Assembly (NCBI GenBank): GCA_013265495.1
Contig: MU058337.1
Location: 2,510,686-2,574,685 of the forward strand
Direction of reading: 5' to 3'
Source of the DNA: Vicugna vicugna
Lineage: Eukaryota
DNA: 64,000 nt
Below the pieces are notes generated by a model. It made no database searches and was not told the origin of the DNA. It saw nothing but the letters and a program-made list of their open reading frames with translations. The translations under genes and the position numbers were made by a program. This document shows, in pieces, positions 1-12,900 of the stretch. Numbering within the stretch: the first letter of the stretch is position 1; every line of letters begins with the position of its first letter.

Positions 1-833
1 GGCTGAAATAAATCTTGGTAACTATGGTGGAACATAGAGAGTAAGTTACATTTGGCACATTAAAAAAATATTGCTAAATACCTATTTTGTTAATTAATTG
101 TGTTTGATATCAGAAGAAAAAATACGCCTGTTCATTTGTAAAGAAGCTTCATTACATTGGTATTAAGCATTTTCAAACATGGATCTTTGCGTGGATTCAT
201 TCATTCATTCTTTATATTTATATATATGATCACCTATTTCTCAATGAATAAAAATTGAATGTTGTTTATTATTATTATTTTTTAAAATTTTGGTTGTGTC
301 AAGTCAGAGAGAGTAGTTTTCATTTATTTAGTTCCAGAACACAATGAAATTCCTTGGCATATTGTGGGAGCCTAATAAAAAATACTTCATGAACAGATCT
401 GCATCACTGTAATCCAAGTGCTTATAATGCTGTTACTTTAAATATTTAGAGCGGCTAATATACCCAACCTCCACTTACATGCTGATCAGCCCAGTTCCTC
501 CAACTTGTCATATGAGAAGGGTTTTTTTTGTCAGTCTCCTACCCATTTCAACCTAATCTTCAAACTCTCAAAGACTTGTGAGAAACTGAATTCCCTGCTA
601 TGGAGGATACTGAAAGAAAGAAAAATGTAGAAATCCTCCCAGACTATTTCTAATAGGATGCATACTAGCTAAAATAATGAAGACTTGGGATTTTTGGAAT
701 AGACTGAAAAATCCTAATGTTGCATTATGCAGCATAGCTAATTACCAGGGTTTCAAATATGTTTCAGATCCTCACATATAGTAGAGCCCCGGTTAACTGA
801 CCATCCTAACGTTTCAGCCAGATTCATCTGTTT

Positions 834-1019
834 CACTGGTTGTCAGCTGGGGGCTGCTTTGCGTCCCAGGGGACATTGGGCACGCTTCAGAGACATTTTT
901 GATTGTCCCGACCGAGGATGGAAGAGAACACTGTCATCAGTGGGGAGAAGCCACTGGTTAACATCCTACAAGGACTCAGCCAGCCTCAAACGCAGTAGTG
1001 CCCAGGGTGACAAATCCTG
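834..1019 (+). mobile_element. MER20 (hAT-Charlie MITE), internally shortened
   Basis: Matches recalled MER20 consensus blocks: cactggttgtca..., ccaggggacattggg, agacatttttgattgtc, aacatcctaca, and terminal gggtgacaaatcctg. Confidence 0.85.
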
Positions 1020-4000
1020 ACAAATACTTGCATTATAACATGGCTTTCAGGTTACATTTTCCTAAAGGTAAGATTAAATACATTTCATTTAGTAAGTGAA
1101 AGATTTAACAGAAACTCTTCAAATAAATGTATTACACCCCTCAACGTCCACAGTCATACTCAGTGTGAAACTAGGCTCAAGGACTCACCCAGTGGTGCAA
1201 CTTCCTTAACTTCTGAGGTTCCGTTAATACTCTTGCAATATCAGACTTAAAACATCAGTGTCCCTCACGTATCAGAATGGCTTGTTTTCTGTATTTCTAA
1301 GCAGAAGTTCCTTGAGGATCCCCAAGTGTGGGACACGGTCTCAGCCTTTGTTTACAAGGGAGTCATCTGGGATTCAACAGCCAGTTCCTGCTACTCTCCA
1401 TGGGCCAGCGGCAGCCAGCGTGTTTCCCAAGCCTTTGAAAACAAAGTTATTTGAGCCCCAGCAAAATTGGGTTCATTTCGTGTTTTCTGACTGTGTGCTC
1501 TTTCTTACGGATAGACGAAATTCATCACATAATATCATAATGTATCGTTTATTTTAGCTCTTTGTTATAGTGTCTTTTGACATCGGAGGGAAGTGATAAT
1601 AATAATGATAATAACTCTGCTAATTAAAACCAGAATATTATTCACTTACCAGTCCATAAAGCCATCTTGGGCTTTCTTTTGTTTTTCTTTGTAATATGTC
1701 TTTGTTGCTTTCCTGAACACCTCCACCATCTGAAAGCATTTCACGGCACTTTTCACATGTCATATAACGCAGTTGGAAGGAGACTGAAATATTATATGCT
1801 TCTGCACTTAGGAAGGCGCGAGGCAGAATGAAGGGCTCGGTTTCTTTGTCTGGATCGTTTTGTTGCAGGTGTTAATTTGCCAAGGTATTTCTCAATTACT
1901 GCTCAGACCCTAAGCATTGTACTCTCTGATTGGGTAAGTATTTAGGAAGAGAGTCAAAGAAAATCCGTCACTGGCAAATGTTTACTCAGTGTTTCGTGTT
2001 TGATCTTTTTGGTACAATCTTCCTAGTAAAGCTGGAATCTATTTTCAATGACTGCATATGAATGCAGCACACGTTCTGTGGCTAACAGATGCCATCTGTA
2101 AAAGCATTTACTTTAAATTAGTGGAATAAGTAATCAAAAGGGCTTTGTACTTAATGCAAAACTTTTGGTGACTATTAAATGCTCATTAGTGGGTGTTTTT
2201 GCTGTATGACTGTCAAAATCAGAAGGACGTTTATGTTCGATTTCCTGAGTGGGTCAAGATTGAATATGATTTTACAACCTAAATAACAGAAATGAATGCA
2301 GGTTATTTTGGCATCTCCAGATGTTTCTTAAACTCTTTGCCCCTAAACCCCAAACTTAGTGCCATTTCAAATTCTGCCATGGTATTTTAGTGACGATTTT
2401 AAAAATTAAGTATTTGACATCTTTAGAGAACTAGGCGACTTTCATCCTCCCTCCATTTATAAATGGAAAAAAGGTATTATCTCTTGGGCTAAATATCACT
2501 GCAGCCTATCCTTTATGGAGATACATCCCCAGGGAATCAGATAATATCAAATCAGCTTAACTATGCACTTATTACAATAGCTAATTATTTAACATGTTTA
2601 ATTATCTTATGATGGCTTATTTGGTAGATTGTGTATGTGTCACAACTTGATTGAATCTCTGGACATATGTCCTTATTATTGCTTTGCTTTTAATTAAATA
2701 TTCAATAGCTGTCTTGCTTAATCTAGAGAGATGTGTGTACTGCTTTCACCATCATCATTTATGTGCACCATGCACAGGAATGGTACTGTTTAATGAGGAT
2801 AAAGGTTTAACCCAATTCACAGTCCTCACACTGAGAAAGTTAAATCTCAGATCCACTAACTAAAGTCTGTTGGTGCTCTGATGATAAAAGATGATTTTGA
2901 AGACACTTCCTGCAACCCTCCTGCATAGAGATGCAAAGAAGAAACCCAAGAGCTCACAAGATCACCCCCAACTTGTCTGCAGGCAAACTTGCACGTGGAG
3001 ACCAGTGTTGATGCTCAAGTACAGAAAAGCAGAGCAAAGTCGTGCTGGAGCACTAAAAGCTTGCCAGTTCGCAAAAACTAACGTAAGGTCGGCGTCATGT
3101 CACTTCCTTCGGGACATGTAGAAGGTTGGCAAATTCACCTGCTTCTCTCTTCTACTTTCGAAAACCTTCACCATAGACAGCACTTACTTGAATTGCTCTC
3201 TATGTCGTCCAGAATTTAAGCTATTTTTCTCACTTGTAAAAGTCTAGTTGTCCATCAACTTTGTCTCTGATGGCTTGAATATGCCATATATTTTCAAGAG
3301 AAAGAGGGGAAGATCACCTTGATTTTGCTCCCATTGCAAAAACCTCTTTTCTTTAAATCAGTCTGAAAAGCCTCTCACTCCAACTAGCCGTCTCCTTTTT
3401 TTTTTTTTTAACATTGATTTACAACAGAAAAAAAGATTTTCAACTGAACTGGAGTCGTTTATAAACAGCTTATGAGAGGCAAAGCATGCTTTGGGGGAGT
3501 GGCCATGGGAAGAACAGTTGACAAGCACAGTGAAAGTTTTGTGTCTGTGTCGGCTGGAGGGGTTGATTCTTTCCATGTAATTAACCCAAAGAATGAGAGA
3601 ATGGAGCAAAACTATTTACAACGGGATGAAAAATATCCTGGCCCTATTGATGACGATCATCTGTTGGAAATGGAGTTAGAGTCCTCATCAGTCAGTTGTT
3701 TATTAATTATTGATGCTTTTTTTCCCAAATGTCTGTCTGTTCAATGAAAGCTTCATGGTTTGCATACAAAAGTACTCTCCATCCTAAGCCTCGCAGGCTA
3801 TTGGGAAAGATATTTAAGTAAATGAAGTAATAGTGAAGTGACAGGCTTGACAGAGTGCTGCCGTATGGATGGGGGCAGAGAGAGAAAAACGTGCTTGTAA
3901 AACAGAATGTAAGGAATACTGCAGGAAAAGCAACAGGTGAATGGGTTCTTAAAGGAAGAGACAAAGTAAAGCAAGTCCTAAGTCAGGAGATAAAAAGACA

Positions 4001-6157
4001 AGATGCTTCCTTTGTGGCAGAAGGAGAAGCAGGGAAGGTCACGGAGGCGAGGTTTTCCTCAACATCCAAATGAAATCAATCAATCTCTATGCATGTTTTT
4101 CTGCGTGATAAACAAATTGATCGCAGGTTAGCCAGTCTGATAAGTTTCAGCCATATTAATCCCCGAGGCAGTTAGTGTGGCAGAAACAAAATCAAATTAT
4201 CTCAGACTCATTCTTTGGAACTTCTAGAATATCTGAGCAAAAGTCTCTCAGTGGACTCATATTAAAGTGAAGAACACAATTTTATTAAAAAGAGAGAGGA
4301 AGAGAGAGAGAGAAAGAAAAAACCAATGTGTGCCTTTGTTCCTGACTCTAAACAGCTTTTACAAACTTGGAAAATAAGCAGAAGGGAGAACACAAAAATA
4401 TTTCTAAGTTAGCATAGTGCTTAAAATACTTTCACCAAGATGGAATTGTATCTCAGGCTCCCTTGATCTAAGGAGATTACTATTATGAAATGGTAGTAAA
4501 AGTAAGTTTCCTGAAACATTCTTAAAACAACACAGTGAGGTGGATTCTTTCAATGGAAAAAGAACAAGACTTAAGAACTCCTATATCTGTATTTTGACCA
4601 CCCATAGATAACTTAACATTTGTACTTTCTTAGTTATTTCTCCACACAGAGAAAAAAAAATTAAAACCTTTAGTCACTAGATATCAAATCCTGGTGGAAA
4701 CACAGATTTTGATTTCTTTGTCTCCACAAGGAATTCTGTCATTTGATTGGCATTATAGGCTCTGTATAACGTCCTATGTGTCTCATTTGAGTTAAAGGGC
4801 AATAAAGCATCACATGTCCGCTACTGAATCATTTATAGAAAATGCCAGTATTTTAACATAACAAGAGGATGAACTGGAGTTATTACCTTAGCAAATATTC
4901 TCCAGATATTTTTCTCATTGGAAGAAAATTCGTTGACCTGGTTCTTTAAATTCCAGCGTGAAGAAACTGAGTGGTAGAATCTCTCACAAAGTGGAGTGAT
5001 CGTGGTTCCAAAGTGGCGGGGCAGTGTCTTCCAGAGTATGGGATGACTCCATCGTCCTCTGACAGCTCGACATTTTGATAAATGCTGTGGGCAGGCACGC
5101 TGTCTTTGCTTTCATGCTCTGGGCTAGAACTCACGCTTCTGGGCCACTGGCCATTCTGACGCCCCTTAAGGCACCCCAGGGTTTTCTGCTCCATCATATC
5201 CATCATACCCTACAGGAAGCTCAGAGACCACAGTCCCCGCCTGGTAGTGAGAAGACAACGGAACAAATGTGCTTGGACCCAGTTTCAACCCACTAGAACT
5301 CACCTGCACTAACTTCTCTGATTGCTTGTTTATTCCTTCCTATCTTGGAGGTGTGACCCTTCTTGTCCAAGCCTTGTCCTTTCCTCTATGACTTAGATCC
5401 TGTATTCTTCTGAGAACTTAAAATTTTTGCTCCAACATCATGTCACGTCTGAATATTCAAAAATATTTGTATACTTGTCTCCCATTTCTGTACCGGCCAC
5501 CTTCCATCTGAGAGGGAAACATACAAGTTTGGTCTTGTATCTAGGCAAGTAGAGGTGCATGTAGGTGAATCATGGTCTCATGTCAACTTCCTAAGCATTA
5601 GCCTTGACCGAGAACCCTTGGCCAAGAGCCCTTGTGAAGTCAGTACCCCCAGGACCAGGGGCAGCAGCTCTGTCCAAGGAGGTGTGTGATGAAGGACTCA
5701 ATATTTCTTTTCATGTCCATGAAGTACCAGGTGCCAGGCTGGGTGCCTTAGAAACAGTCAAATTTAAGACTTTTAGCAGTGCTACAGGATTTTTAAAAAT
5801 GTTAATTAAGAAGGAACCTGAAGCCCAAGAAATTTTGTTAAAAATCTAAGGTCACACACCTGGCAAATGCTTAAGGAAGATTTTTGTCCAGTTGTTATGC
5901 AGCTCCTGAACCAGAGATGAACCATAGATCATTTATACTTCCGTACACACCATGTTCTTCCCGTCTGCTTCTTGTTATCTCAGAAGCCATAAAATATGTT
6001 AATGTTATTATATTTTGGCACTTGAACGGATGTGTAAAATCCTCTCTGTAATAAAATGGGAAATCCACCAAAGCACTTCTGCTTCATATTAGATTACAGT
6101 GGTTGACCCGGGGATGGTGCGTGTTTAAGGTGCCAGCTTAAACCTCAGGGTTTGTCC

Positions 6158-7087
6158 TAGAACATGGTGATAACTCGAGAGAATGCCTGACAGACAAATA
6201 GTTCATCCAGATCTGAGGGTGTGACAGACATGTTCTCTAAGTGGACAAGATGAACACCTCATGTGAAGGATAACTGCTAAGAGTATTAGCTACCAATGAT
6301 AAAATTAAAGCTTCCAGTTGAAATTAGAATTTTGGAAAAACTGTATCAGCCACAGTAAGCTTGAAACTTTCTCGATCCTTAAAGAATTTTTAATTGAGGT
6401 TATGGACAATGGCAAGTGTGATTTCTTTAATAATGTGTAACAGAATTTGTCAACATTTGGAAGATCTGCGTGAGTGAGTGAACCAGTATTTTTCAAGGGC
6501 TCATGATGCTATAGCCACGCACGTGTAAAGGATCCATTCAGAGTGCAAGATAGACTACATAATAGAATAAAATGCAAAAAAAGTTTTGATGACATTGGAT
6601 TCCACATTACAACTAACTTTAAGACACTACCACGTAATGAATTTGAGTGTAGCGTCAAAGAAGAATGTGTACAAATATCTGGAAAGACTGTGATGTAAAC
6701 ATTCCTCTCTTCCAATTCTGTATCTGTGTGAGGCTGTATTTCCTTAATACACTTAACCCGGAAAAGCATTTTGAAGCAGATTGAAAGCAGAAACCGATAC
6801 GAGAAGCCAGCTGTCTTCTATTAAGCTGGGCATTAAAAAGATTTACAAAATGTAAAACAATGCCACTCTTCTAACTGAATTTGCTTCTTTTAGTTATTTA
6901 AAATTATATTATTTAACACACAATGGGTATATTTATTTTAGATAAATTAATGTTTTTTAAAAGTACTAGATTTAATTTCTTAGATAGTAAATGTTGATAG
7001 ATGAAGACCATAAAAACAAAAGTTCTTTGGAGTCTACAGTAATTTTTGAGAATATAAAGAGAATTGACATCAAAATACAGAGAACCC
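6158..7087 (+). mobile_element. Charlie1/Charlie1a hAT DNA transposon, 3' ~0.9 kb (decayed transposase C-terminus plus 3' end)
   Basis: Diagnostic blocks aacatttggaagatctgc, gatccattcagagtgcaagatagac, tatctgtgtgaggctg, ccagctgtcttctattaagc; ends in gagaacc. Confidence 0.88.
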
Positions 7088-7566
7088 GGTGTTAGTTTCC
7101 AAGGCTGCCATGGCAAAATACCGAAACTGGGTGGCTTGAATTAAATAAATGTACTCTGTCATAATTCTGGAGTCTAGAAGTCCAAGCCCAAAGTGTTGTA
7201 AGGCCACGTTCTCTGTGGAGGCTCAAGGGGAGAACGTCTTCCATGCCATTTTCCAAGCCGTTGATGTTGCCAGCAATCCTTGTCACTCCTTGGCTTGTGA
7301 CTACTTAATTCCAAACTCTGGTGTCTTTTCTCTGTGTGTCTGTGTCCTTATGTGGTCTTCTGTGTGTATGTGTGTGTGTGTTTCTTACTTTCTTTTTATA
7401 AAGTGGCCAATAATATTGGATAAATGGTCCACACTACTCCAGAATGACTTGACTTAAGTCTTAATTATATCACAAAAACTTCATTTCCAAATAAGGTCAC
7501 GCTCACCAGTATCAGGAAGTAGAGCTTCAGGACCTCTCTTGGGGGGTTAGAGTTCAGCCTGCAGTA
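7088..7566 (-). mobile_element. MaLR solo LTR (MLT1C/D-like)
   Basis: gttagtttccaaggctgcc...aaactgggtggcttgaa...ttctggagtctagaagtccaag...tttccaaataaggtcac, the typical reverse-strand MLT1 pattern. Confidence 0.85.
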
Positions 7567-7880
7567 GCCTGTTTTATAGAAACCCAGTGGAGCATGAAGA
7601 CGCCTTGCCTGCTTTATAGCGCTTTTTTGGTTGCTGTTTAGTTGTAAACAGCTTCAGCTGATTCTGCTTTCCGTCCTCTGCTTTATGTTGTGCTTGGCGC
7701 CCAGTTGGCACTCAGCAGACTGTGACTGCTGACTGAACCAACCGATTTTACTACCTCACAAGGAACCTTGGAGATTCCTCCATTGTTGCTTCTTTGGCTC
7801 ACCTAAGACCTCATTCAAGAATGCTTTAGTTTCAGTTCATCATCTGACACAGCTCCCTTCTTGATTTCCTTCTGGATAGG

Positions 7881-8085
7881 CAGTGTGATACGCACCATGA
7901 ATGTGGGATTTAGAGGCAGACTCACCTGGCTTACCGTGGGAAGCCTACCATCGTGTTAGGTGTACAATTTTCAGCCTAATCCTGTACATCTCTGAGTCTG
8001 GTTCTTTTTTCTGTAAAAATATGAAGACAAATGTTGCCTATAGAAATTCTGCAAGAATTTACTTAGATTCTATATGTAAAAGTCT
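7881..8085 (+). mobile_element. MIR SINE (degraded)
   Basis: Core-like catctctgagtctggttcttttttctgtaaaaat and 3' atatgtaaaagt. Confidence 0.6.
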
Positions 8086-8099
8086 AATGTGTTTTTTCA

Positions 8100-8220
8100 G
8101 ATTTGATCGCTCAGAAGAATCCGCTATAAATTCTGAAAGTCTGGGGTGGAGCCTGGGGATGTGTCTTTTTAAATGGTCCTCAGGTGACGATGATGTGTAG
8201 ACAGCTTTGAGAACTACCAG
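8100..8220. mobile_element. MER5-type hAT MITE fragment
   Basis: gtctggggtggagcctggg...tttttaaa...ctcaggtgacgatgatg...tttgagaactac. Confidence 0.65.
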
Positions 8221-8733
8221 TGTGATGTGTTGGCAACAGAATGAAGACAAGGCTGGTTTTGTACAACATGGGAACAAATACCACTTCATTAAACTTCTCT
8301 GGATGCCAGAATCTTTCGTGTTAATCTCAAGCAGGGTGGACCCGGTTCAAGCATCAAATCATCTGTAACAATACATTAAGGATTTCTCAATAAGAGACAT
8401 TGTAGGTGTTTTTATTTGTTTGTTTGCTTTGAAGAGAGAGTTTGTTGAAAATGACTAAACCCATGCCCAGCTCTTTCCAGGGATGGGCTGCTTCTTGATC
8501 AGAAAAGAACTGAAAAACACACCTTATATTCTATCAAGCCATGACAATTTCCTGGAAGAAAGGCACCAAATTCCTCCTTGACAGGGGTGGCACTCTTCCC
8601 AAAGTTGAACTTTGGAGGACTGAGTAGTTTGTAAAACTCCCTGGATCAGTGCTTGGCATACAGTAGGTGCTCAACGATTGTTAGAGTCTCTTCATCTCCA
8701 TTTTTCTATTGGTTTGGAAAAAAATTAATCTTT

Positions 8734-8921
8734 GGGGGAGCGTAGAGCTCAGTGGTAGAGTGCCTGCCTAGCACGCACATGGCCCTGGGTGGTTCAGTCC
8801 CCAGTACCGCCACTGAAAAAAAAAAACAACCTTATTACCTTCCCCTTAAAAAACAAACAAAGCAAACAAAAACCCCCTCAAAAGACCAAACAGTAACAAC
8901 AAAAAAAGTTAAAAAAATACA
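8734..8921 (+). mobile_element. vic-1-type camelid tRNA-derived SINE with long A-rich tail
   Basis: gggggagcgtagagctcagtggtagag (A box)...ggttcagtccccagtacc (B box), internal ccttattaccttcccc, A/C-rich tail; flanking repeat aaaaaaattaat at 8718-8729 and 8922-8933. Confidence 0.9.
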
Positions 8922-9939
8922 AAAAAAATTAATTCTGGAAATGGGAAATCCAACAAATGGTTTGGATCCTGAGCCTGCTAACGCATCCAGTAAGGCATTT
9001 TCTGTCATTTCCCCCCCCACCCACCAGAGGTACTGGGTGTGTAATGGAGACCAACGCGTGAGTAGTGGTTTGCACTTTTCTAAAGTAGTTAAAAGTAGGC
9101 TGACATTCTATACTTAAAGCCAATTATTAGTAACTTAAATGGCAGTCCAAGAGAACAGAGAATCAGAACACAACGCTTATGTTTTAGATGAAGCAACACT
9201 CTAATGTTGGCGCGTGTTCAGTACATTGTTGTCTCTGTGTCTTCCCATTTCAGAAACACGAACGCTTCAAAGAGCAACATCGAGTTCTGTAAGCTTTTGT
9301 TTTGATGGTGGCATAATGAGAGAGAATGTCTGAGCTCATGTGGCATAATGTCATTCTTTGGCTGTTTCTGGACATTTTTGTCCAGTGCTCTTAAGTCAAA
9401 CAAAATCCTGGTATATCTTTCCTCTCTGACAGGCCAAGTTCGGGGTCTTTCTGTAAGATGTAATCAATTTTAAAGGAGGTAGGAGCCCGGAAAGAAGAAG
9501 GACCCCTCAAATTTTCTAGTCACAACTGCTTGAGCCCTGGCAGTTTGATGACACGGGAATGCCCGCTTGGTTGGAGGGCTTGAGTGCGCGTCTGGAGCTA
9601 GCTGCCATGCGATGGCTCAGCGGCCTGGTCTTTTGAAGGCTGCCTGAAAAAGCTCTCCTATAAACTTCCTTATTTATTCTGTTTATTGGATGCACCCATC
9701 ACATCATAGTGTCTGGTTACATTTACAAGGGTAATAAAAAAGCCGACACAATTTTTTCTTGGCAATTTGATGGAGTACGTGGGGTACAAAGGGAATGTAA
9801 GTGTGTGTAGTTCAGCTATTTCAATTTTCTTTTAAAAAAAACTTAACTTTTTTGTGTAGTTTTTTTAGGATTATGATGTAATAAAATCACAAAGGAAGAG
9901 TATATACTTTTAACTGACACATTCAAGATAATAACATGA

Positions 9940-10011
9940 TGGAGACTGGGGCATCATGCTGTACACCAGAAATTGACACATTGTAACTGACTATATGTCA
10001 ATTTAAAAAAA
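9940..10011 (+). mobile_element. LINE-1 extreme 3' fragment
   Basis: tgctgtacaccagaaattgacacattgtaactgactat followed by an A tail; same L1 3' terminus type as 12265-12335 and 40933-41030. Confidence 0.75.
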
Positions 10012-10703
10012 TAACGTTAGTAACGTTAATTTACTATCTTATTAGAAAATATATTACTTAATATCTTATTAAATGTATTATTATTAAAAAATAACGTTAT
10101 GGAAAGCCTTTCCCATTCTTCCTCAAGGCCATCTGAAATAAGGGGAGATTTCTTTGGAATGGATGCTACATTGGTGACCTTGTTCTCGTGGCCAGAGTAG
10201 CACATCCAGAAGAGTCTCAGATTATCTGCTCTTCTTGGATTTCCCATCAGATTCACAAGCTTATCACAGCATTGAGCAGACCTGCAGTTGCTCAGTTGTG
10301 AAGTGAATGAGACTTTGCCATAAAACTTTAAGTGGAAAGTGAGTCGGGTGACTACTTGGAGCCAGAGAAGCACTGAATGATAAATAAGGGTGTGTGGCTG
10401 GATATGTGGGCACACTAACACGCATGTTCACAAGTGTCTTATGTGCATCTCAAGAGCTAGACAGCTGAAGGAGACAGCATCCAAATGAAAGAACTTTGAT
10501 TTTGCTCAACACATTGTTATTATTTTCTGCATACACCCATGATGCTGTCAAGTATAATTAAGCATAAGACACGATAATTCACTCAGTTGAGCTCAGAATT
10601 TCGAGTTCTCTGTCATTTTTATTTTATTGCAGTGGACAGCCACAGCATATACCAAACTACGTCAAATGAAGACGAGAATAACGATGATAATTGATCAAGG
10701 ATT

Positions 10704-10791
10704 GGGGGGAGGATAGAGCTCGATAGCAGAGCACGTGCTCAGCATGCACAAGGTTCTGGGCTCAGTCCCCAGTACCTCCGTTAAAAAAAAA
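10704..10791 (+). mobile_element. vic-1-type SINE (short form)
   Basis: ggggggaggatagagctc...agcatgcacaaggttctgggctcagtccccagtacctcc plus poly(A); tgatcaa repeated on both flanks. Confidence 0.88.
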
Positions 10792-10859
10792 GACTGATCA
10801 ATGCAAACGAAAGATATATACTTTAAGATCATTTCCAACATAATAGAGTATCCATGTTT

Positions 10860-11022
10860 GCCCCTCTTGGGGAGTGAAGGGAATGTGAGCTATCTTGATT
10901 GTGATGATGATTTCAGTGGTGTATACATCTATCAAAATCCATCATGTTGTAAATCTAAAATATGAAATATGCATAGTTTACTGTACAGAAATCATGCCAC
11001 AATGAAGATGTTTAAAAAATGA
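10860..11022 (+). mobile_element. Short L1M-3'-end-like retroposed element, copy A
   Basis: L1M 3'UTR-like tatcttgattgtgatgatg...gtgtatacat; TSD agt(a/c)tccatgttt at 10847-10859 and 11023-11035. Confidence 0.8.
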
Positions 11023-12022
11023 AGTCTCCATGTTTAAAATATCCTTAAAAGGACACAAAAGTTCACATCAGATTCTGTATAGCAAATCTTTTTTATCCCT
11101 TTCTAATTGATTCCACTGTTCCTAGCACAAATCAAGAGTAAAAAATAATTAATTTTTTTCTATGTCATTCTTAAATATTAATAATGCTACCTTACTATTT
11201 ACTACTCTTTAAAAAATTGCATAGCTAACATGTCAGCGACAGTGATGAAGCAGATTTCGTGCCTAACTCCATAAACCAATACCTCCTTAAATACACTTCC
11301 CTTGAAAAAATGCCAGAGAGACAGTCCCTTTAAAATTTTGTTTGAGTTTATTGCTATACAAAATAATTAATTCTGGGTCTTTGGAGATTAAAAAAATCTA
11401 ATCTTACCAGCTCAGACTGTATATTCTAGTTGGAGAGATAAGACCAGTGCATAAATAAATATAATGTAAGAAAAAATAGTAAACATAACAATAAAAGTGC
11501 ACTTATATTTTACAGTAAGTTCAGAAGAAGAAATTATTTCAGAGGATTTAATTCTTTTCAATGAATTGTTCTTGAAGTTAGGATATATGTGAAATTTTGC
11601 TAGGTACTGGGACTTCAAAGACGAATTTGGAACGGTCTTTGGCCTCCAGGTAGAGAAGGTATTGTGGAAAAGGTAATTGTTAAATAGAAAATTGAAGGGA
11701 CAGAGAGGAGGATGCGGAAATGTGATGATGGAGAAAAACTCCTTCTCCTGCTCTTGTTTGAGAATATTCTGAGGATGAGCACCCATGGCCCAGTGAGGAG
11801 CCCATCAGACAGGAATGTCCGACTGTGCACGGGGTGCTGGGAAGGGAACAGCAGGAAAAAAGATCAGAAGACGCTGAGCAGTTCTCGGGGGCCTCCATGG
11901 CTTCAGTTTACCTGTTGGATGTCTGCGAATTTGAATTTGAGTCTTGAGTAAGGGAACAGTGTGGTCAACTGGCACAGCTAAACAGGGTTTTGTACCAAGG
12001 TTTGGACTGCAAAGAAACTAGA

Positions 12023-12335
12023 TTAGATTCCACATGTGAGAGACAGCATATGGGGTTACTGACTCACAGACGTAGTACACAGCCTTATGGTTACCAGGGG
12101 CAAGGGGATGGGAAGGGACTGGGAGTTCAAGATTTGCAAATATTAACTGACATGGATAAAATAAACAACAAATTCCTCCTGTACAGCACAGGTAACTATA
12201 TTCAATATCCTGTAGTAACCTATAATGAAAAAGAATATGAAAATGAATGTATGTGTGTATGTTTATGACTGAAACATTTTGCTGTGAACCAGAAATAGTG
12301 AACTCATTGTAAACTGACTATAGTTCAAGAAAAGG
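12023..12335 (+). mobile_element. 5'-truncated L1 3'UTR with 5' inversion
   Basis: Forward L1 3'UTR from ~12060; 12023-12053 is the reverse complement of the upstream L1 segment ccatatg...catgtggaatctaa; perfect TSD aaagaaactaga at 12011-12022 and 12336-12347. Confidence 0.9.
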
Positions 12336-12489
12336 AAAGAAACTAGAGGAAGGTACTTGTTATATAAGCACCTAAGCTTGAGCTATATATCACTGGACGT
12401 GAGGAAGGGATTGGGGGGAGAGTAATGAGGGGCTGATATGGGATATTGTCAGTGGGATTTTAAAAAGCAGATGCGAAAGATGCTACCAA

Positions 12490-12900
12490 TGCAAGATGAA
12501 GGCTTAGGTAATAAACGGATGTAGGGGCAAGAAAGGGCGTAGAGTCAAGGTCAATGCTGAGTGTTTAAACATGGTTGACGCCAGGTTGGTGCAATTAGTG
12601 CAGAAAGAAAAGAATGGAAAGAAGGGCTGGCAGCGAGCTCAGTGCTGACTGGACTGAGCTGGAAGGACCGGCGAGGACCTACGGCTTCTGCCTGGCAGGC
12701 AGTTAGAAGTATGGGGCTGGATCTCAAGAGAAGGTCAGAGTGGGGCAAAGATCTGCAAGTCATCTGAAGAGAGCTGGCATCTGAAGTCACGTGATTTTAA
12801 GTAAGACAGTCATGAGAGAGAGAGAGGAAAAAATGGGATAACTGAGCTGAGATCTCAGAACCGCTGTATAGATTCTGGAAGGCATCACATCAAAGGAGAG
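12490..12900 (-). mobile_element. L2 LINE fragment
   Basis: Reverse-strand L2 motifs ggatgtagggg...agagtcaaggtcaatgctg, ggatctcaagagaaggtcag, agtcatc. Confidence 0.65.

Noticed and set aside
6305..6800. Domesticated hAT transposase gene
   Set aside because: The Charlie-derived sequence has no long plus-strand ORF and is a decayed fossil.
8734..8812. tRNA gene (also 10704-10780 and 22503-22579)
   Set aside because: The tRNA-like heads have A-rich tails and TSDs and no intact cloverleaf, so they are SINEs.
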